Positions 38,634 through 49,927 of a DNA stretch of 64,000 nucleotides are shown here, one piece after another. The notes beneath the pieces are model-generated. The model did not search any database and had not been told where the DNA came from. It saw only the letters and a list, made by a program, of their open reading frames with translations. This DNA is from Spirochaetaceae bacterium (GTDB taxonomy: Bacteria; Spirochaetota; Spirochaetia; DSM-2461). The stretch is from positions 634,445 through 698,444 of the forward strand of contig JAOPTT010000002.1 in the NCBI GenBank assembly GCA_051531975.1, written 5' to 3'. Numbering within the stretch: position 1 is the first letter of the stretch; the number at the start of each line of letters is the position of its first letter. Both the position numbers and the translations under genes were made by a program.

Positions 38634-38679
38634 TTGACTTAAAAAGTACTTCGAAAGATAATAGAAAGTATAACGAAAG
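38634..38679 (+). promoter_or_regulatory. Promoter overlapped by a triple GAAAG direct-repeat operator (probably DeoR)
   Basis: TTGACT-17 bp-GATAAT; CGAAAGATAATAGAAAGTATAACGAAAG at 38652-38679 matches the reverse complement of 47727-47754 at 26/28 positions. Confidence 0.75.
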
Positions 38680-38693
38680 TCAGGAGAAATACT

Positions 38694-39956
38694 ATGAAAA
38701 CTAAAGCTGTAAGATTATATGGTAAAAGTGATTTAAGATTAGAAGAATTTGAACTACCAGAAATTAAAGAGGGAGAGATTCTTGCAAAGATAATTTCAGA
38801 CAGCCTTTGTATGTCTTCATATAAGGCGCAAAGCCAGGGATCTGATCATAAAAGAGTTCCAAACGATATATCTGAAAACCCTATTATTATAGGTCATGAA
38901 TTTTGTGGAGAGATTGTAGAAGTCGGAAACAATTGGTCAACACAATTCAAATCAGGAGATCGATTTTCTATTCAACCAGCACTTAACTATAAGGGAAGCC
39001 TAGAAGCTCCAGGTTACTCATTCAGACATATTGGTGGTGACGCTACATATATAATAATTCCAGAAGAAGTTATGTTAATGAACTGCCTATTACCATACCA
39101 GGGAGACTCTTTTTTCATGGGTTCTTTAGCAGAACCAATGTCATGTCTTGTAGGTGCTATGCATGCAAACTACCATATTAAACAGGGTACATATATTCAT
39201 GAAATGGGTATTGTAGAAAATGGTAAAATGGCAATTTTAGCTGGTGTTGGACCAATGGGATTAGGAATGATCGACTATGCAATTCACTGTGATAGAAAAC
39301 CAGCTCTATTAGTTGTTACAGATATAGATGCAGCTCGATTAGAAAGAGCAGCATCTATATATACTGTTAAAGAAGCTAAAAAAAATGGTGTTGAACTTAT
39401 TTATATAAATACTTCAGATGTTAAAGATCCAATTGAAAAACTTATGGGTTTAACTGACGGTACAGGATTTGACGATGTATTTGTTATGGCACCTGTTAAA
39501 CCTGTTGTAGAACAGGGTGATAAGATCTTAGGTAAAGATGGTTGTTTAAACTTTTTTGCTGGACCTTCAAATACTGACTTTGCTGCTACTTTGAACTTCT
39601 ATGATGTTCATTATGCTGCTCACCATATTGTTGGAACAAGTGGTGGAAACACTGATGACATGAAAGAGTCTTTAGAAATGATGGCTGCAGGTAAAATTAA
39701 TCCAGCTGCTATGGTTACACATATTGGAGGTTTAGATTCAGTTGCAGAAACTACAATAAATCTTCCTAAAATACCTGGTGGAAAAAAACTTGTTTATACT
39801 AATGTTAAAATGGAAATGACAGCAATTGAGGACTTTAAAGAGAAAGGTAAAACTGATGATTTCTTTAAAGAACTAGCAGTTTTAGCAGAAAAATATAATG
39901 GTTTATGGTCTACAGAAGCAGAAAAGTTTCTAATGGCAAATTGTGAATCTATTTAA
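38694..39956 (+). CDS. Zinc-binding dehydrogenase, L-sorbose-1-phosphate reductase (SorE/YggP)-like
   Basis: MKTKAVRLYGK.DLRLEEFELP, SDSLCMSSYKA, GHEFCG, GPMGLG, GTSGG and PGGKKL motifs. Confidence 0.85.
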   Translation: MKTKAVRLYGKSDLRLEEFELPEIKEGEILAKIISDSLCMSSYKAQSQGSDHKRVPNDISENPIIIGHEFCGEIVEVGNNWSTQFKSGDRFSIQPALNYKGSLEAPGYSFRHIGGDATYIIIPEEVMLMNCLLPYQGDSFFMGSLAEPMSCLVGAMHANYHIKQGTYIHEMGIVENGKMAILAGVGPMGLGMIDYAIHCDRKPALLVVTDIDAARLERAASIYTVKEAKKNGVELIYINTSDVKDPIEKLMGLTDGTGFDDVFVMAPVKPVVEQGDKILGKDGCLNFFAGPSNTDFAATLNFYDVHYAAHHIVGTSGGNTDDMKESLEMMAAGKINPAAMVTHIGGLDSVAETTINLPKIPGGKKLVYTNVKMEMTAIEDFKEKGKTDDFFKELAVLAEKYNGLWSTEAEKFLMANCESI

Positions 39957-39992
39957 CCTATAATAAACGTGTAAATATAGTTTCAAAATACT

Positions 39993-40023
39993 TAAAACCC
40001 CATGCAAAAGCATGGGGTTTTTA
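39993..40023 (+). terminator. Intrinsic terminator
   Basis: TAAAACCCCATGC-AAAA-GCATGGGGTTTTT. Confidence 0.85.
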
Positions 40024-40047
40024 TTTATAACAACTATTTGAATCAAC

Positions 40048-40082
40048 AAAAAAAAAGCCACAAGGATGAGCTCCCTGTGACT
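40048..40082 (-). terminator. Intrinsic terminator of the dehydrogenase operon
   Basis: Minus strand AGTCACAGGGA-GCTCA-TCCTTGTGGCT followed by a T-run. Confidence 0.75.
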
Positions 40083-40117
40083 AATGGAAAAAATTAAAAT
40101 GATAAAATGTTGTATTG

Positions 40118-41203
40118 TTATTTAAGCATTACTTGCCCACCGGTAACAGGCACAGCCTGTCCAGTTTCATACTTCTGATCAACTATATATGTTACAGCTT
40201 TCATTACATCCTCTGTAGTACAACCCCTTTTCATAGGAACTTTACCTTCGTAAAAAGCTCTAACATCAGCAATTGTTGTTGCTCCCGGAACCTTACCAGT
40301 ATTAAGATACTGAACAAAAAGTCCTCTATCTGGATCTGACCATAATGGTCCATCTAGAAAGTTACCTGGAGCAATTGAATTTACTTTTATATTATCAGAA
40401 ATTAACTCTAAGGCAAAACTTTGCGTGAGACCAATCCCCCCGAATTTAGCCCCTGCATAGGCTCCATTTTTATTAGAGCCTTCAAGTCCTGACTTAGAGT
40501 TTATCTGAATAATGTCAGTTAAATAATTGTTTGAATATTTGTTTTGCTCAGCCATTAAAACAGAAACAAACTTAGTACATATAAAGTAACCTGTATAATC
40601 TACAGATGTTACAAAATTAAAATCCTTAAGGGACATCTCTTTAACACTACCGGCTTTTAAAACTCCGGCATTACTAATAAAAACATCAATACCACCAACA
40701 GTTAAAGCAATCTCTTCTACCATCTGTTCTACGGAATCTTCATCTGTTACATTTACAGCTACTGCATAAGCTACAGTCTGACCTTTAGACTCATTTAGTT
40801 CCGCAGCTAGTTTTTTAGCACCATCTATATTCATATCTGCAATAAAAACTGTGCTTCCATAAGTTACTAAATCTCGAACAAGTCCTTCACCAAACCCTTG
40901 AGCTCCACCTGTTACAACTGAAACTTTTCTGTTTAATGGATGGTGGTTAGATTCATCAAAATCTGAATCTATTAAATAACTTCCTTTTCCAGCAATATTT
41001 ACACAATCAGGAAAAACTCCATGATCTTTAACATAACCTGTAAAAGCCTCAGTTAAACTTTTTTCTAAATCATTATTATCTGCAATTTCTAAAGTGTTAT
41101 TACAATTTGGGTTTAATTTTCCAGAATATAAGATCTTTGACAATCTATCTTCTATTTGTGTTAAACCTCTTAGTTGTGTTGCTATCTTTACAATCTCTTT
41201 CAT
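40118..41203 (-). CDS. SDR oxidoreductase, sorbitol-6-phosphate 2-dehydrogenase (SrlD)-like, with N-terminal extension
   Basis: TGGAQGFG, NAG, IQINSKSG..GS.KN.AYAGAKFGGIGLTQSFALEL and VTGGQVM motifs. Confidence 0.85.
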   Translation of the reverse strand: MKEIVKIATQLRGLTQIEDRLSKILYSGKLNPNCNNTLEIADNNDLEKSLTEAFTGYVKDHGVFPDCVNIAGKGSYLIDSDFDESNHHPLNRKVSVVTGGAQGFGEGLVRDLVTYGSTVFIADMNIDGAKKLAAELNESKGQTVAYAVAVNVTDEDSVEQMVEEIALTVGGIDVFISNAGVLKAGSVKEMSLKDFNFVTSVDYTGYFICTKFVSVLMAEQNKYSNNYLTDIIQINSKSGLEGSNKNGAYAGAKFGGIGLTQSFALELISDNIKVNSIAPGNFLDGPLWSDPDRGLFVQYLNTGKVPGATTIADVRAFYEGKVPMKRGCTTEDVMKAVTYIVDQKYETGQAVPVTGGQVMLK

Positions 41204-42495
41204 ATCATCTTCTCTTCATTTATAATTTTTTGTATCTCATCTGTTAATACAGGATTACTTGGATCTAATAATCTTCCAATTTTTTCATAACAACTAATTC
41301 TCTTTTCTAATGATAAAGATGCTAGTTTGTTATTTTTAGAAAAAATAGAGTAACTACTATCTATGTTAGTTAGTTTCTCATGAGCAATTAATGCCCATGT
41401 TGATCCAATTAGATGAGAGAAATCTGGGTCTAAAACTTCAGGACAGTTAAAAGATTGTCTTGATGAGTTAATATCAACACCACTTATTTCCATAAAACCT
41501 AGCTTTTTACAGATGTTTTTTACTCTGTTAAGCTGTTTTTTACTATTTCTTGGAGGCATGTAAGTAATAGCCTTAAATCCAATTCTTTTAAGTTCTTCTA
41601 AAAGTTCATCTAGAAAGTCATCTTCAAACTTCTCAGCTTTTTTATCCCCAGTAGAGCTATTACCAACATCACCTAAGTAGGCATAAGTTGGTAGAGCACC
41701 AATAAGATTAGCAAAATCTACAACTGTTTGAACACCTATACATTCGTCTTCTGTTGGTTGTATAAAAAAGCTTGGTAAATAGTTAGACTTTAGGATACCA
41801 AGAAGATCATAAAGATAGTGAGGATTTTCCTCATCAAGTAAAAATTCTTTAACCTTTAGTGGTATATCAAGTCTCATTACATTTTCAATAAAATACAGAG
41901 CCCGAAGTCTTACAGGATATTTTTTAGCTATCTTTTTAGCTAAAGCATAAAGAATGTGTCTTTCTGTAATACTTCCATTTATCTTTGTATTAGATATAGA
42001 AACTATATCTTTCTCAAAATCTATGGGATCTAGAGAAAAGGGTAAAATTAACTCATTAAGCTTTTTAACCTCTTCTCTATTTCTTCTATTCCTTTCGATA
42101 TTTAAAGGCGCAATAAACTTTTCAACTTCAGAAAACTTTGATGCAGGAATACCATGAACAGCCATGTAGGCTATATTTTTTGAGTCAGGATTATTTAACT
42201 TCTTACCCTGAACTGTTGTTCCGTTCATATTAACCCTAACTTCAAAACCAGCTGTGGAGGCTATACCTAGCACTTTACACGCTTCAAGTAGTTCATTTGC
42301 TCCTGAAATACTGTCATGATCCATAATACCTACAGCATTTAAACCTGCTTTCCATGCATAAAAAGCTGCACTTGTTGGAGAATATGGACTAAATGAATAT
42401 GTAGTATGAACATGATTATTAACCTCAATGTTTTTAACTACTGGTCCATTTTCTGCCATCTTCTCTTTTAAATTATCTAATGAAATAGTTTCCAT
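41200..42495 (-). CDS. PHP domain-containing protein
   Basis: NNHVHTTYS, IMDHDS, GFE, AVHG motifs; terminal motif reads GVDIN instead of GSDxH. Confidence 0.8.
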   Translation of the reverse strand: METISLDNLKEKMAENGPVVKNIEVNNHVHTTYSFSPYSPTSAAFYAWKAGLNAVGIMDHDSISGANELLEACKVLGIASTAGFEVRVNMNGTTVQGKKLNNPDSKNIAYMAVHGIPASKFSEVEKFIAPLNIERNRRNREEVKKLNELILPFSLDPIDFEKDIVSISNTKINGSITERHILYALAKKIAKKYPVRLRALYFIENVMRLDIPLKVKEFLLDEENPHYLYDLLGILKSNYLPSFFIQPTEDECIGVQTVVDFANLIGALPTYAYLGDVGNSSTGDKKAEKFEDDFLDELLEELKRIGFKAITYMPPRNSKKQLNRVKNICKKLGFMEISGVDINSSRQSFNCPEVLDPDFSHLIGSTWALIAHEKLTNIDSSYSIFSKNNKLASLSLEKRISCYEKIGRLLDPSNPVLTDEIQKIINEEKMI

Positions 42496-42507
42496 AATCT
42501 CCCCTAA

Positions 42508-44967
42508 TTAAACACCGTCACGGTTACGTCTTAAAACTTCGCCATTAGTCTGGTTACTAATTGGTGTATATCCAGCTAAAGGTAGAATCTGCTCATGAAT
42601 TGCATCTAATATCCACTCTGGTGCAGGGAAGAAATACTCTTCCATCTCTGCTGGTGGAGTTATCCAGTTCATTGCACCAACAACAACTGGAGGTGCATCT
42701 AAGTAGTCAAAAGCCTGTCTACTAACATGGGATGCTACAGTATGAAGGAATGAACCTCTCTCACTTGCATCAGATGCTAGAACTAACTTACCAGTCTTTT
42801 TAACAGACGCTATAATTTTGTCGTAGTTTAATGGATTCATAAATCTCATGTCTATTACTTCGGCTTCAAGGTTATGTTCTTCTTTAAGCTTCTTAGCTGC
42901 TTTCATAGCTGTATAAAGTGTTGAACCAATAGTAAGGATAGTTATATCTTTACCTTCACATCTAATTGCTGGCTCCCCTTCTTCTATTTCGTAATAACCT
43001 TCAGGAACACCATCTTTTTCAAATTCTTCACCAATACCGTATAACTTCTGACTTTCGAAGAAAATTACAGGATCTGTACCTCTAAGTGCTAAGTTTAACA
43101 TTCCTTTAGCATCGTAAGGTGTAGTTGGGAACATTACTTTAAGCCCTGGCATATGAGCTGTTAAAGCTGTCCAGTCCTGTGAATGTTGTGCTCCATATTT
43201 ATTACCAACAGAAACTCTTAAAACAAGAGGCATTTTTAAAACACCACCACTCATTGACTGCCACTTAGGCATCTGGTTAAAGATTTGATCTCCAGCTCTA
43301 CCCATAAAGTCACAATACATAAGTTCGGCAACTGCTCGTCCACCACTCATCGCATACCCTACAGCACTACCAACAATAGCAGCCTCTGAAATAGGAGAGT
43401 TAAAAAGTCTATGGTATGGTAGGGCCTCAGTAAGTCCACGGTAAACAGCAAATGCTCCACCCCAGTCTCTATTTTCCTCACCATATGCAACCATAGTTGG
43501 ATCTTCGTAAAATCTATGTAACATAGCCTCAAATAGACCATCTCTTAATGTAAATGTTTTAGCAGCTGAAAATGGTTTACCTTTAGCATCAAATGCGTAT
43601 CTATTTTTTCTCTTAATAGATTTAACAGTAGGATTTTCCTCTTTTGTTAAAAGAACTTCTGGTTCTCTGTCATCTAGTTTTGGTTCATTACCGTTCGAGA
43701 ACATAATTGACTCAATAAATTGACCATTTACATGAGGAGAAATATCATCGTTTATAGCAAGAGACATAGTATTAGTAATTTTACCTACTATTTTCTCTTT
43801 TAGTTCACTCTCTTCACTTTCTGATATAACACCGTTTTCAAGTAGATATTCACCATACATACTAAGACTGTCGTGTTTCTTAAAGTTATCCATCTCTTCT
43901 TTTGTTCTATAAGAAGCAGCATCTGAAGGTGAGTGACCTGAGTGTCTATATGTAATAGTTTCCATAAAAACAGGACCTTTACCAGCTAATAGAAGCTCTT
44001 TCTTTCTCTCCATTGCGTCAGCAACAGCTAGTGGATTAAATCCATCAACTCTCTCTGTATGCATATTATCTGGATTAACACCGGCACCAACTCTTGCTGC
44101 AAGTCCATAACCCATTGTTTCACCGTTAGTTTGACCACCCATTCCGTAGAAGTTGTTAAAAATATTTAACATCCATGGAGGAGCGCCGCCCATCTCTTTT
44201 TCCCAAAGTGTATTATATTGGTCCATTGCACCCATTGATAGGGCTTCCCAAACTGGTCCACAACCTAATGATGCGTCACCGATATTACCAATAACAATTC
44301 CAGGTTTTCTGTTTATTCTTTTAAATAGAGCTGCACCCATACTTACATCGGCACTACCACCAACAATTGCGTTGTTAGGCATACTTCCAAAAGGAGAGAA
44401 GAATGTATGCATTGAACCACCAAGACCTTTATTAAATCCTGTTTCTCTAGCAAAAATCTCTGCTAATGCACCATATAAAATGAAGTTCTCTGCTAGGTCT
44501 GCTGTATTTGAGCTTTTATACCCTTTCTCAACAATTCTTAAACTGTCTCCACCAAAAAAACCTTCCATTGTTCCTACAAGTGCAGAATCTTTCATCTGTC
44601 TGATTGCAGAAAATGATTTAGATAAAATCTCACCATGGGATCTATGTGAACCAAAGATATAATCGTCTGCATCTAAGTGGTAACTCTGACCAACTGCTGC
44701 AGATTCTTGACCTGCAGACAAATGGGCAGGACCTCTGTGGTTATATTCAATTCCATTATAGGAACCTTCTGTTTTAATAGAGTTTAACATCATCTCAAAC
44801 TCTCTAATCATTAACATATCGTAGTAAATGTTCTTTAGACCATCTTTACCATACTTCTTAAGCTCTTTCTTAATATCCGGCTTATACTGGTTAACAGGGA
44901 TATCTTTAAGCTTTATCATATCCGGCTTTCTTACTTCAATTGGATCAATTATTTGATTCTTTGGCAT
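42508..44967 (-). CDS. ThDP-dependent dehydrogenase E1 component, fused alpha and beta subunits
   Basis: [23 protein letters not shown] ThDP motif, [11 protein letters not shown]; beta part [20 protein letters not shown]. Confidence 0.9.
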   Translation of the reverse strand: MPKNQIIDPIEVRKPDMIKLKDIPVNQYKPDIKKELKKYGKDGLKNIYYDMLMIREFEMMLNSIKTEGSYNGIEYNHRGPAHLSAGQESAAVGQSYHLDADDYIFGSHRSHGEILSKSFSAIRQMKDSALVGTMEGFFGGDSLRIVEKGYKSSNTADLAENFILYGALAEIFARETGFNKGLGGSMHTFFSPFGSMPNNAIVGGSADVSMGAALFKRINRKPGIVIGNIGDASLGCGPVWEALSMGAMDQYNTLWEKEMGGAPPWMLNIFNNFYGMGGQTNGETMGYGLAARVGAGVNPDNMHTERVDGFNPLAVADAMERKKELLLAGKGPVFMETITYRHSGHSPSDAASYRTKEEMDNFKKHDSLSMYGEYLLENGVISESEESELKEKIVGKITNTMSLAINDDISPHVNGQFIESIMFSNGNEPKLDDREPEVLLTKEENPTVKSIKRKNRYAFDAKGKPFSAAKTFTLRDGLFEAMLHRFYEDPTMVAYGEENRDWGGAFAVYRGLTEALPYHRLFNSPISEAAIVGSAVGYAMSGGRAVAELMYCDFMGRAGDQIFNQMPKWQSMSGGVLKMPLVLRVSVGNKYGAQHSQDWTALTAHMPGLKVMFPTTPYDAKGMLNLALRGTDPVIFFESQKLYGIGEEFEKDGVPEGYYEIEEGEPAIRCEGKDITILTIGSTLYTAMKAAKKLKEEHNLEAEVIDMRFMNPLNYDKIIASVKKTGKLVLASDASERGSFLHTVASHVSRQAFDYLDAPPVVVGAMNWITPPAEMEEYFFPAPEWILDAIHEQILPLAGYTPISNQTNGEVLRRNRDGV

Positions 44968-44986
44968 ATCATGTTCTCCTTGTTTT

Positions 44987-46315
44987 CTATAAATTCCACA
45001 ATGTATCTTTAATAATTTCAGATACAGATGGATGTGGAAAGATAATCTCTTTTATCTCTTTAACTCTTAATTCAGCTTCTATCATTACTGATGCAGCAGC
45101 TATAATTTCACTACAAACACCACCAAGCATATGAACACCAAGTAGAATATCTGTTTCAGCATCAACTACAACTTTACAAAGACCACCGGCTTTACCGTTT
45201 TCTGCGAAGAAACGACCGTTACCTCTCATCTGCATAGATGCTGTTTTAACTTTAATACCTTTCTCTTTAGCTTCAGAATCAGTTAAACCACAACCTGCAG
45301 CTTCTGGATATGTATAAACAGCCCATGGAACAGAGTTGTAACGCATAACGTCATCCTCGCCACAGATCTGTTTAACTACAACTTCACCCATTCTATAAGC
45401 AGAGTGTGCCAGAAGAGATTCCCCTGTAACGTCTCCGATTGCATAAACACCAGGAAGATTTGTTTTCATTCTGTCGTCTACTTTTATACGGCCTCTTTCT
45501 ATATCAAGACCTGAACCTTCAAGTGATGCTATATTTGGTCTACGACCAACAGCCATCAAAATTAACTCGGCATCTATAACTTTTTCAGCCTTCTTTTTAT
45601 CTGTGTATGTAACTTTACTTCCATCAATTTTTTGAACCTGACATGATAGATTAAATGTTATATCTTTCATCTCTCGTCTCATAATTTTTGCAAGATCTTT
45701 ATCCATAAAAGGAACAATCTCATCCATCATTTCAACAATATCAGTTTTAATTCCAAGGTTAGAAAAGAAAGAAGCAAACTCTAAACCAATTACACCTCCA
45801 CCAATAACCACAACAGATTTTGGCAGTGTTTCAAGATTTAAAACTTCTCTACTTGTTAAAACGTTTGGACTATCTGCACCTGGAATTGGAGGAACAAACG
45901 GAGAAGAACCAGTAGCAATTACAATGTTTTCCCCTTGGTAATCCTGTCCATTAACAGAAACAGTTTTACCACCTTTAAAAGTAGCCTCACCTTTAATAAC
46001 TTCAACTTTGTTGTGCTTCATTAAATATTCAACACCACTTCTATTTTGCTGTATAACTTCTTCTTTCCAGGCCATAGCGTCTTTCATATTAAAAGTTACA
46101 TTTTCAGAAGTAACTCCATATTTTTGACTGCTTTTAGCCTTTTTATACAGTTTAGAAGAGTTTAGAAGACTCTTTGTTGGAATACACCCTCTATTAAGAC
46201 ATACTCCACCTAAGTGTTCTTTCTCTATGATTAATACTTTTTTACCCTGATGCCCTGCTCTTTCAGCAGTTAAATATCCACCAGGGCCTGCACCAATAAC
46301 TATAATATCGTACAT
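44987..46315 (-). CDS. lpdA: Dihydrolipoyl dehydrogenase (E3)
   Basis: [33 protein letters not shown] and HPSVSE motifs. Confidence 0.95.
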   Translation of the reverse strand: MYDIIVIGAGPGGYLTAERAGHQGKKVLIIEKEHLGGVCLNRGCIPTKSLLNSSKLYKKAKSSQKYGVTSENVTFNMKDAMAWKEEVIQQNRSGVEYLMKHNKVEVIKGEATFKGGKTVSVNGQDYQGENIVIATGSSPFVPPIPGADSPNVLTSREVLNLETLPKSVVVIGGGVIGLEFASFFSNLGIKTDIVEMMDEIVPFMDKDLAKIMRREMKDITFNLSCQVQKIDGSKVTYTDKKKAEKVIDAELILMAVGRRPNIASLEGSGLDIERGRIKVDDRMKTNLPGVYAIGDVTGESLLAHSAYRMGEVVVKQICGEDDVMRYNSVPWAVYTYPEAAGCGLTDSEAKEKGIKVKTASMQMRGNGRFFAENGKAGGLCKVVVDAETDILLGVHMLGGVCSEIIAAASVMIEAELRVKEIKEIIFPHPSVSEIIKDTLWNL

Positions 46316-46325
46316 TTATTTCCCC

Positions 46326-47693
46326 TTAGAGTGCGATCAAAAGATCGATATTTTCTATAGCGCTAACAAGAGCTTTTAAGAAAGCTGCAGCTGGTGCTCC
46401 ATCCACTGATTGGTGGTCAAAAGTTAAAGATAAACCAATATGAGGAATAAATTTTACTTCGTTTCCTTTTTGGATAGGTTTTAAGTTAATATTACATACA
46501 CCTATAATTCCAACTTCTGGTTTATTTAATACTGGAGTAAAACTCTCTATACCCATTGAACCAAGGTTTGTAACTGTAAAAGTTCCACCTTGTAGATCGT
46601 CAGGTACTGCTTTACCTTCTAATGCTGCACCAAAAATCTCTTTACCTTTGTCAGAAATACCTTTAAGTGAGTAAGAACCAGCATCTTTAATTACTGGAAC
46701 TAAAAGACCTTTAGGAGTATCAACTGCACATCCTAAATGTACTTTTTCAAACTGCTTGATTGTATCGCCTAACCAGTGAGCATTCATATCTGGAAATTTT
46801 GGAAGTGTTTTAGCAACTGCAAATAGTATTAGATCGTTAATAGTAACTCTCTGCATTCCAAATGATTCATCACTATTTTTAAACTTCTGTCTTAGTGCCT
46901 GTAGTGCTGTTGCATCTGCAGAGCTATTAAGTGTTAATTGTGCTGTTTTAGAAATAGACTCAAACATATACTTTGCAGTAACTTTTCTAACACCTTTAAC
47001 TTTAATATCAGTAACTGGTCCTGGAAAAGAGACCTGACCTGCAACCGCTGTATTTACAACAGGTGCTATAACAGCTTCATTTTGAATATCTGATAACAGA
47101 ACTCTTCCACCAATTCCACTACCTTTAACTGGTACTGGTCTACCTGATTTAAGTAGTTCTTCAATTGCTGCTGGGGATAGAGATGGAAATTCTTTTGTTA
47201 ATGCAAGAATATCTCTTTCTATAACTCTTCCGACCGGGCCAGATCCTGCTATTGTTTGAATATCAAGACCTTTAGCTGATGCTAAATTCATAGCTCTTGG
47301 AGATCCAATCTTTCGACCTTCTACACCCTCTGTTGGCACTGCTGTTGGAACAGGTACTGCTACTACTTCTTTTTCTGCTGGAGAACTTGACTCTGTATCT
47401 TCATCAGAATCATCATCAGAACTAACTTCAGCTAAATACTCAGTAATGTCTTCCCCTGGTGTACCAATTAAGGCAATTAAATTATGTACAGGAATATCAT
47501 CATCTTCTTCATATAATGCCTTTAGAAATGTACCTTCAAAACTTGATTCTACCTCGATGGTTGCCTTATCGGTTTCCACTTCACATAAGATATCACCAAC
47601 TACTACTGCATCACCCTCTTTTTTAAGCCATGCTACAAGTATACATGACTCTACCGAGTTACCCTGCTTAGGCATTAAAACTTTATCCGCCAT
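46326..47693 (-). CDS. Dihydrolipoamide acyltransferase (E2)
   Basis: Lipoyl domain ETDKA, subunit-binding motif GSGPVGRV, GGTFTVTNLG, catalytic DHQSVDGA; start ATG 47693 with RBS AGGAG. Confidence 0.92.
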   Translation of the reverse strand: MADKVLMPKQGNSVESCILVAWLKKEGDAVVVGDILCEVETDKATIEVESSFEGTFLKALYEEDDDIPVHNLIALIGTPGEDITEYLAEVSSDDDSDEDTESSSPAEKEVVAVPVPTAVPTEGVEGRKIGSPRAMNLASAKGLDIQTIAGSGPVGRVIERDILALTKEFPSLSPAAIEELLKSGRPVPVKGSGIGGRVLLSDIQNEAVIAPVVNTAVAGQVSFPGPVTDIKVKGVRKVTAKYMFESISKTAQLTLNSSADATALQALRQKFKNSDESFGMQRVTINDLILFAVAKTLPKFPDMNAHWLGDTIKQFEKVHLGCAVDTPKGLLVPVIKDAGSYSLKGISDKGKEIFGAALEGKAVPDDLQGGTFTVTNLGSMGIESFTPVLNKPEVGIIGVCNINLKPIQKGNEVKFIPHIGLSLTFDHQSVDGAPAAAFLKALVSAIENIDLLIAL

Positions 47694-47726
47694 AACATCT
47701 CCTATTTTCATTTTAATTATTAAAGT

Positions 47727-47772
47727 CTTTCGTTATGGTTTCTATTATCTTTCGTTATTCTTATTTCGTCAA
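47727..47772 (-). promoter_or_regulatory. Promoter with triple GAAA(G) operator for the E2-E3-E1-PHP-SDR operon
   Basis: TTGACG-17 bp-GATAAT; operator CGAAAGATAATAGAAACCATAACGAAAG. Confidence 0.75.
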
Positions 47773-47855
47773 GCTTTAAGCTTAACAAATTCTTTCTTTT
47801 TGCTTTTCTTTTTCTTTCTTTTTACCTTTAATTTGTAATAATTGATCGAATTAAT

Positions 47856-47893
47856 AAAAAAAGGCCACTTCTGCTAAATTAACAAAAGTGGCC
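47856..47893 (-). terminator. Intrinsic terminator after tkt
   Basis: GGCCACTT...AAGTGGCC stem with seven T residues on the minus strand. Confidence 0.75.
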
Positions 47894-47913
47894 AATATTA
47901 TATAAAACTAATT

Positions 47914-49905
47914 TTATGAAAAATGTTTAGTAATTTTTTCTACTACTGCTTCAGGAACAAAACCAAATTTTTTCTGTAAAACAGAAGCTGGCGCAGATTC
48001 ACCAAAGTGATCAATACCAATTGAAAGTCCTTCTAGACCAACATATTTACCCCAACCAAAAGTTGTAGCAGCTTCAATAGAAACACGCTTTGTAATAGAT
48101 AGTGGTAAAACAGAATCTCTATAAGACTTTTCTTGTCTTTCAAAAATCTCTCTTGAAGGCATAGATACAACTCTAACTTTTTTACCATCTTTTCTAAGTA
48201 TATCAGCAGATTCTAATGCTAAATTAACTTCAGATCCAGTTGCAATTATTAGTAAGTCATAATCTTTATCTTCACTTAATACATATGCACCTTTATCCAT
48301 ATCAATTTTCTTAGCTTGCTCTACACTTAGTGGAGCAAGGTTCTGTCTAGTAAAAATAAGAGCAACAGGACCTTCAATTTTAACAGCACTGTTCCATGCA
48401 TGAGCAACTTCGTTTGCATCAGCAGGTCTAATAACTGTCATATCTGGAATAGTTCTTAACATAGGTAATTGCTCAATAGGCTCATGTGTTGGACCATCTT
48501 CACCAACAAAAAATGAGTCGTGAGTAAATACATATACAAGGTTTAAATTCTGAAGTGCTGCAAGTCTTACAGCTGGCTTCATATAGTCAGAAAATACAAA
48601 AAATGTTGAAGAGTATGGTATTCCTGTTCCGTATAGAGCCATACCATTAGCTATCATACCCATACCAAGTTCTCTTACACCAAAGTGGAAGTTTCTTCCC
48701 TTATATGAATCAGCTAAGAAACTAGCTTCACCAACAATATCTGTTTTTGTAGAAGGAGATAAGTCAGCAGAACCACCAAATAAAGCAGGTACTAACTCTG
48801 CTACTTTTTGTAATACTTTACCACCAGAAGCTCTAGTAGCTATTGGAGAATCAACTGGTGTAACAGCTAATAACTCTTCTAATAGATTCTCTGGAACAAA
48901 CTTACTAGTCAATTTAGTAATTAACTCTGCTTGCTTAGGGTTAGATTTTTGATATTCGTCAAAAGATTTATTCCAAGATTTTGCATCTGCTTGTAGCTCT
49001 AATACTCTAGCATGGATATCTTTTTGAAGATTTTCATCAACAACAAAAGATTCATCACCAAAACCAAATGCAGTTTTTGTAGCTGCAAGCTCTTCGACAC
49101 CTAAAGGTTCTCCATGAGCCTTATGTGAACCACCTTTATTAGGGGCACCATAACCAATTGTAGTTTTACCAATAATAAGAGTTGGCTGACCAGTACTTAT
49201 CTGAGCTTCTGCTAACGCTTTATCAACTTGGTCTAAATCGTTTGCGTTTGCAACATTAATAACTCTCCAATCATAGGATTTATATCTCATTTCAACATCT
49301 TCACTAAAAGAGATGTCTGTATTTCCTTCAATTGTTATACTGTTATCATCATAAAATACTATTAGGTTATCAAGTTTAAGATGTCCAGCTAAAGATGAAG
49401 CTTCAGAAGTAGTTCCTTCCTGGAAACAACCATCTCCTGATACAGCGTAAATTTTCTGATCCTTAAATAGATCATTTTTATCTAGACCAGTTCTTGAAGA
49501 GAAGTTTTTAGCTGCTATTGCCATTCCAACTGCTGATGCAAAACCACTACCTAAAGGTCCAGTAGTACAATCAACTCCGGCTGTATGTCCAAACTCAGGA
49601 TGTCCTGGAGTTAAACTACCTAGTTGTCTAAAGTTTTTAAGTTCTTCCATTGATAAACCATACTCAAATAGATGAAGTAGGGAATATAATAACATTGATC
49701 CATGTCCAGCAGATAAAACAAATCTATCTCGACCTATCCATGTAGGATTAGTAGGATCATGACGTAGATATTTACTCCATAAAGTATAAGTAAAATCTGC
49801 ACATCCCATTGGCATTCCCGGGTGTCCTGAATTGGCTTTTTGAATAGCCTCAGCTGATAAAATTCTAATTGTATCCGCTGCTAATTTTGCATTTTCTTTT
49901 TGCAT
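47914..49905 (-). CDS. tkt: Transketolase
   Basis: ANSGHPGMPMG, RDRFVLSAGHGS, TTGPLG, GDGCFQEG, FGVRE and THDS..GEDGPTHEP motifs. Confidence 0.97.
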   Translation of the reverse strand: MQKENAKLAADTIRILSAEAIQKANSGHPGMPMGCADFTYTLWSKYLRHDPTNPTWIGRDRFVLSAGHGSMLLYSLLHLFEYGLSMEELKNFRQLGSLTPGHPEFGHTAGVDCTTGPLGSGFASAVGMAIAAKNFSSRTGLDKNDLFKDQKIYAVSGDGCFQEGTTSEASSLAGHLKLDNLIVFYDDNSITIEGNTDISFSEDVEMRYKSYDWRVINVANANDLDQVDKALAEAQISTGQPTLIIGKTTIGYGAPNKGGSHKAHGEPLGVEELAATKTAFGFGDESFVVDENLQKDIHARVLELQADAKSWNKSFDEYQKSNPKQAELITKLTSKFVPENLLEELLAVTPVDSPIATRASGGKVLQKVAELVPALFGGSADLSPSTKTDIVGEASFLADSYKGRNFHFGVRELGMGMIANGMALYGTGIPYSSTFFVFSDYMKPAVRLAALQNLNLVYVFTHDSFFVGEDGPTHEPIEQLPMLRTIPDMTVIRPADANEVAHAWNSAVKIEGPVALIFTRQNLAPLSVEQAKKIDMDKGAYVLSEDKDYDLLIIATGSEVNLALESADILRKDGKKVRVVSMPSREIFERQEKSYRDSVLPLSITKRVSIEAATTFGWGKYVGLEGLSIGIDHFGESAPASVLQKKFGFVPEAVVEKITKHFS

Positions 49906-49927
49906 TTAATTAAGTCTCCTTCAACTT

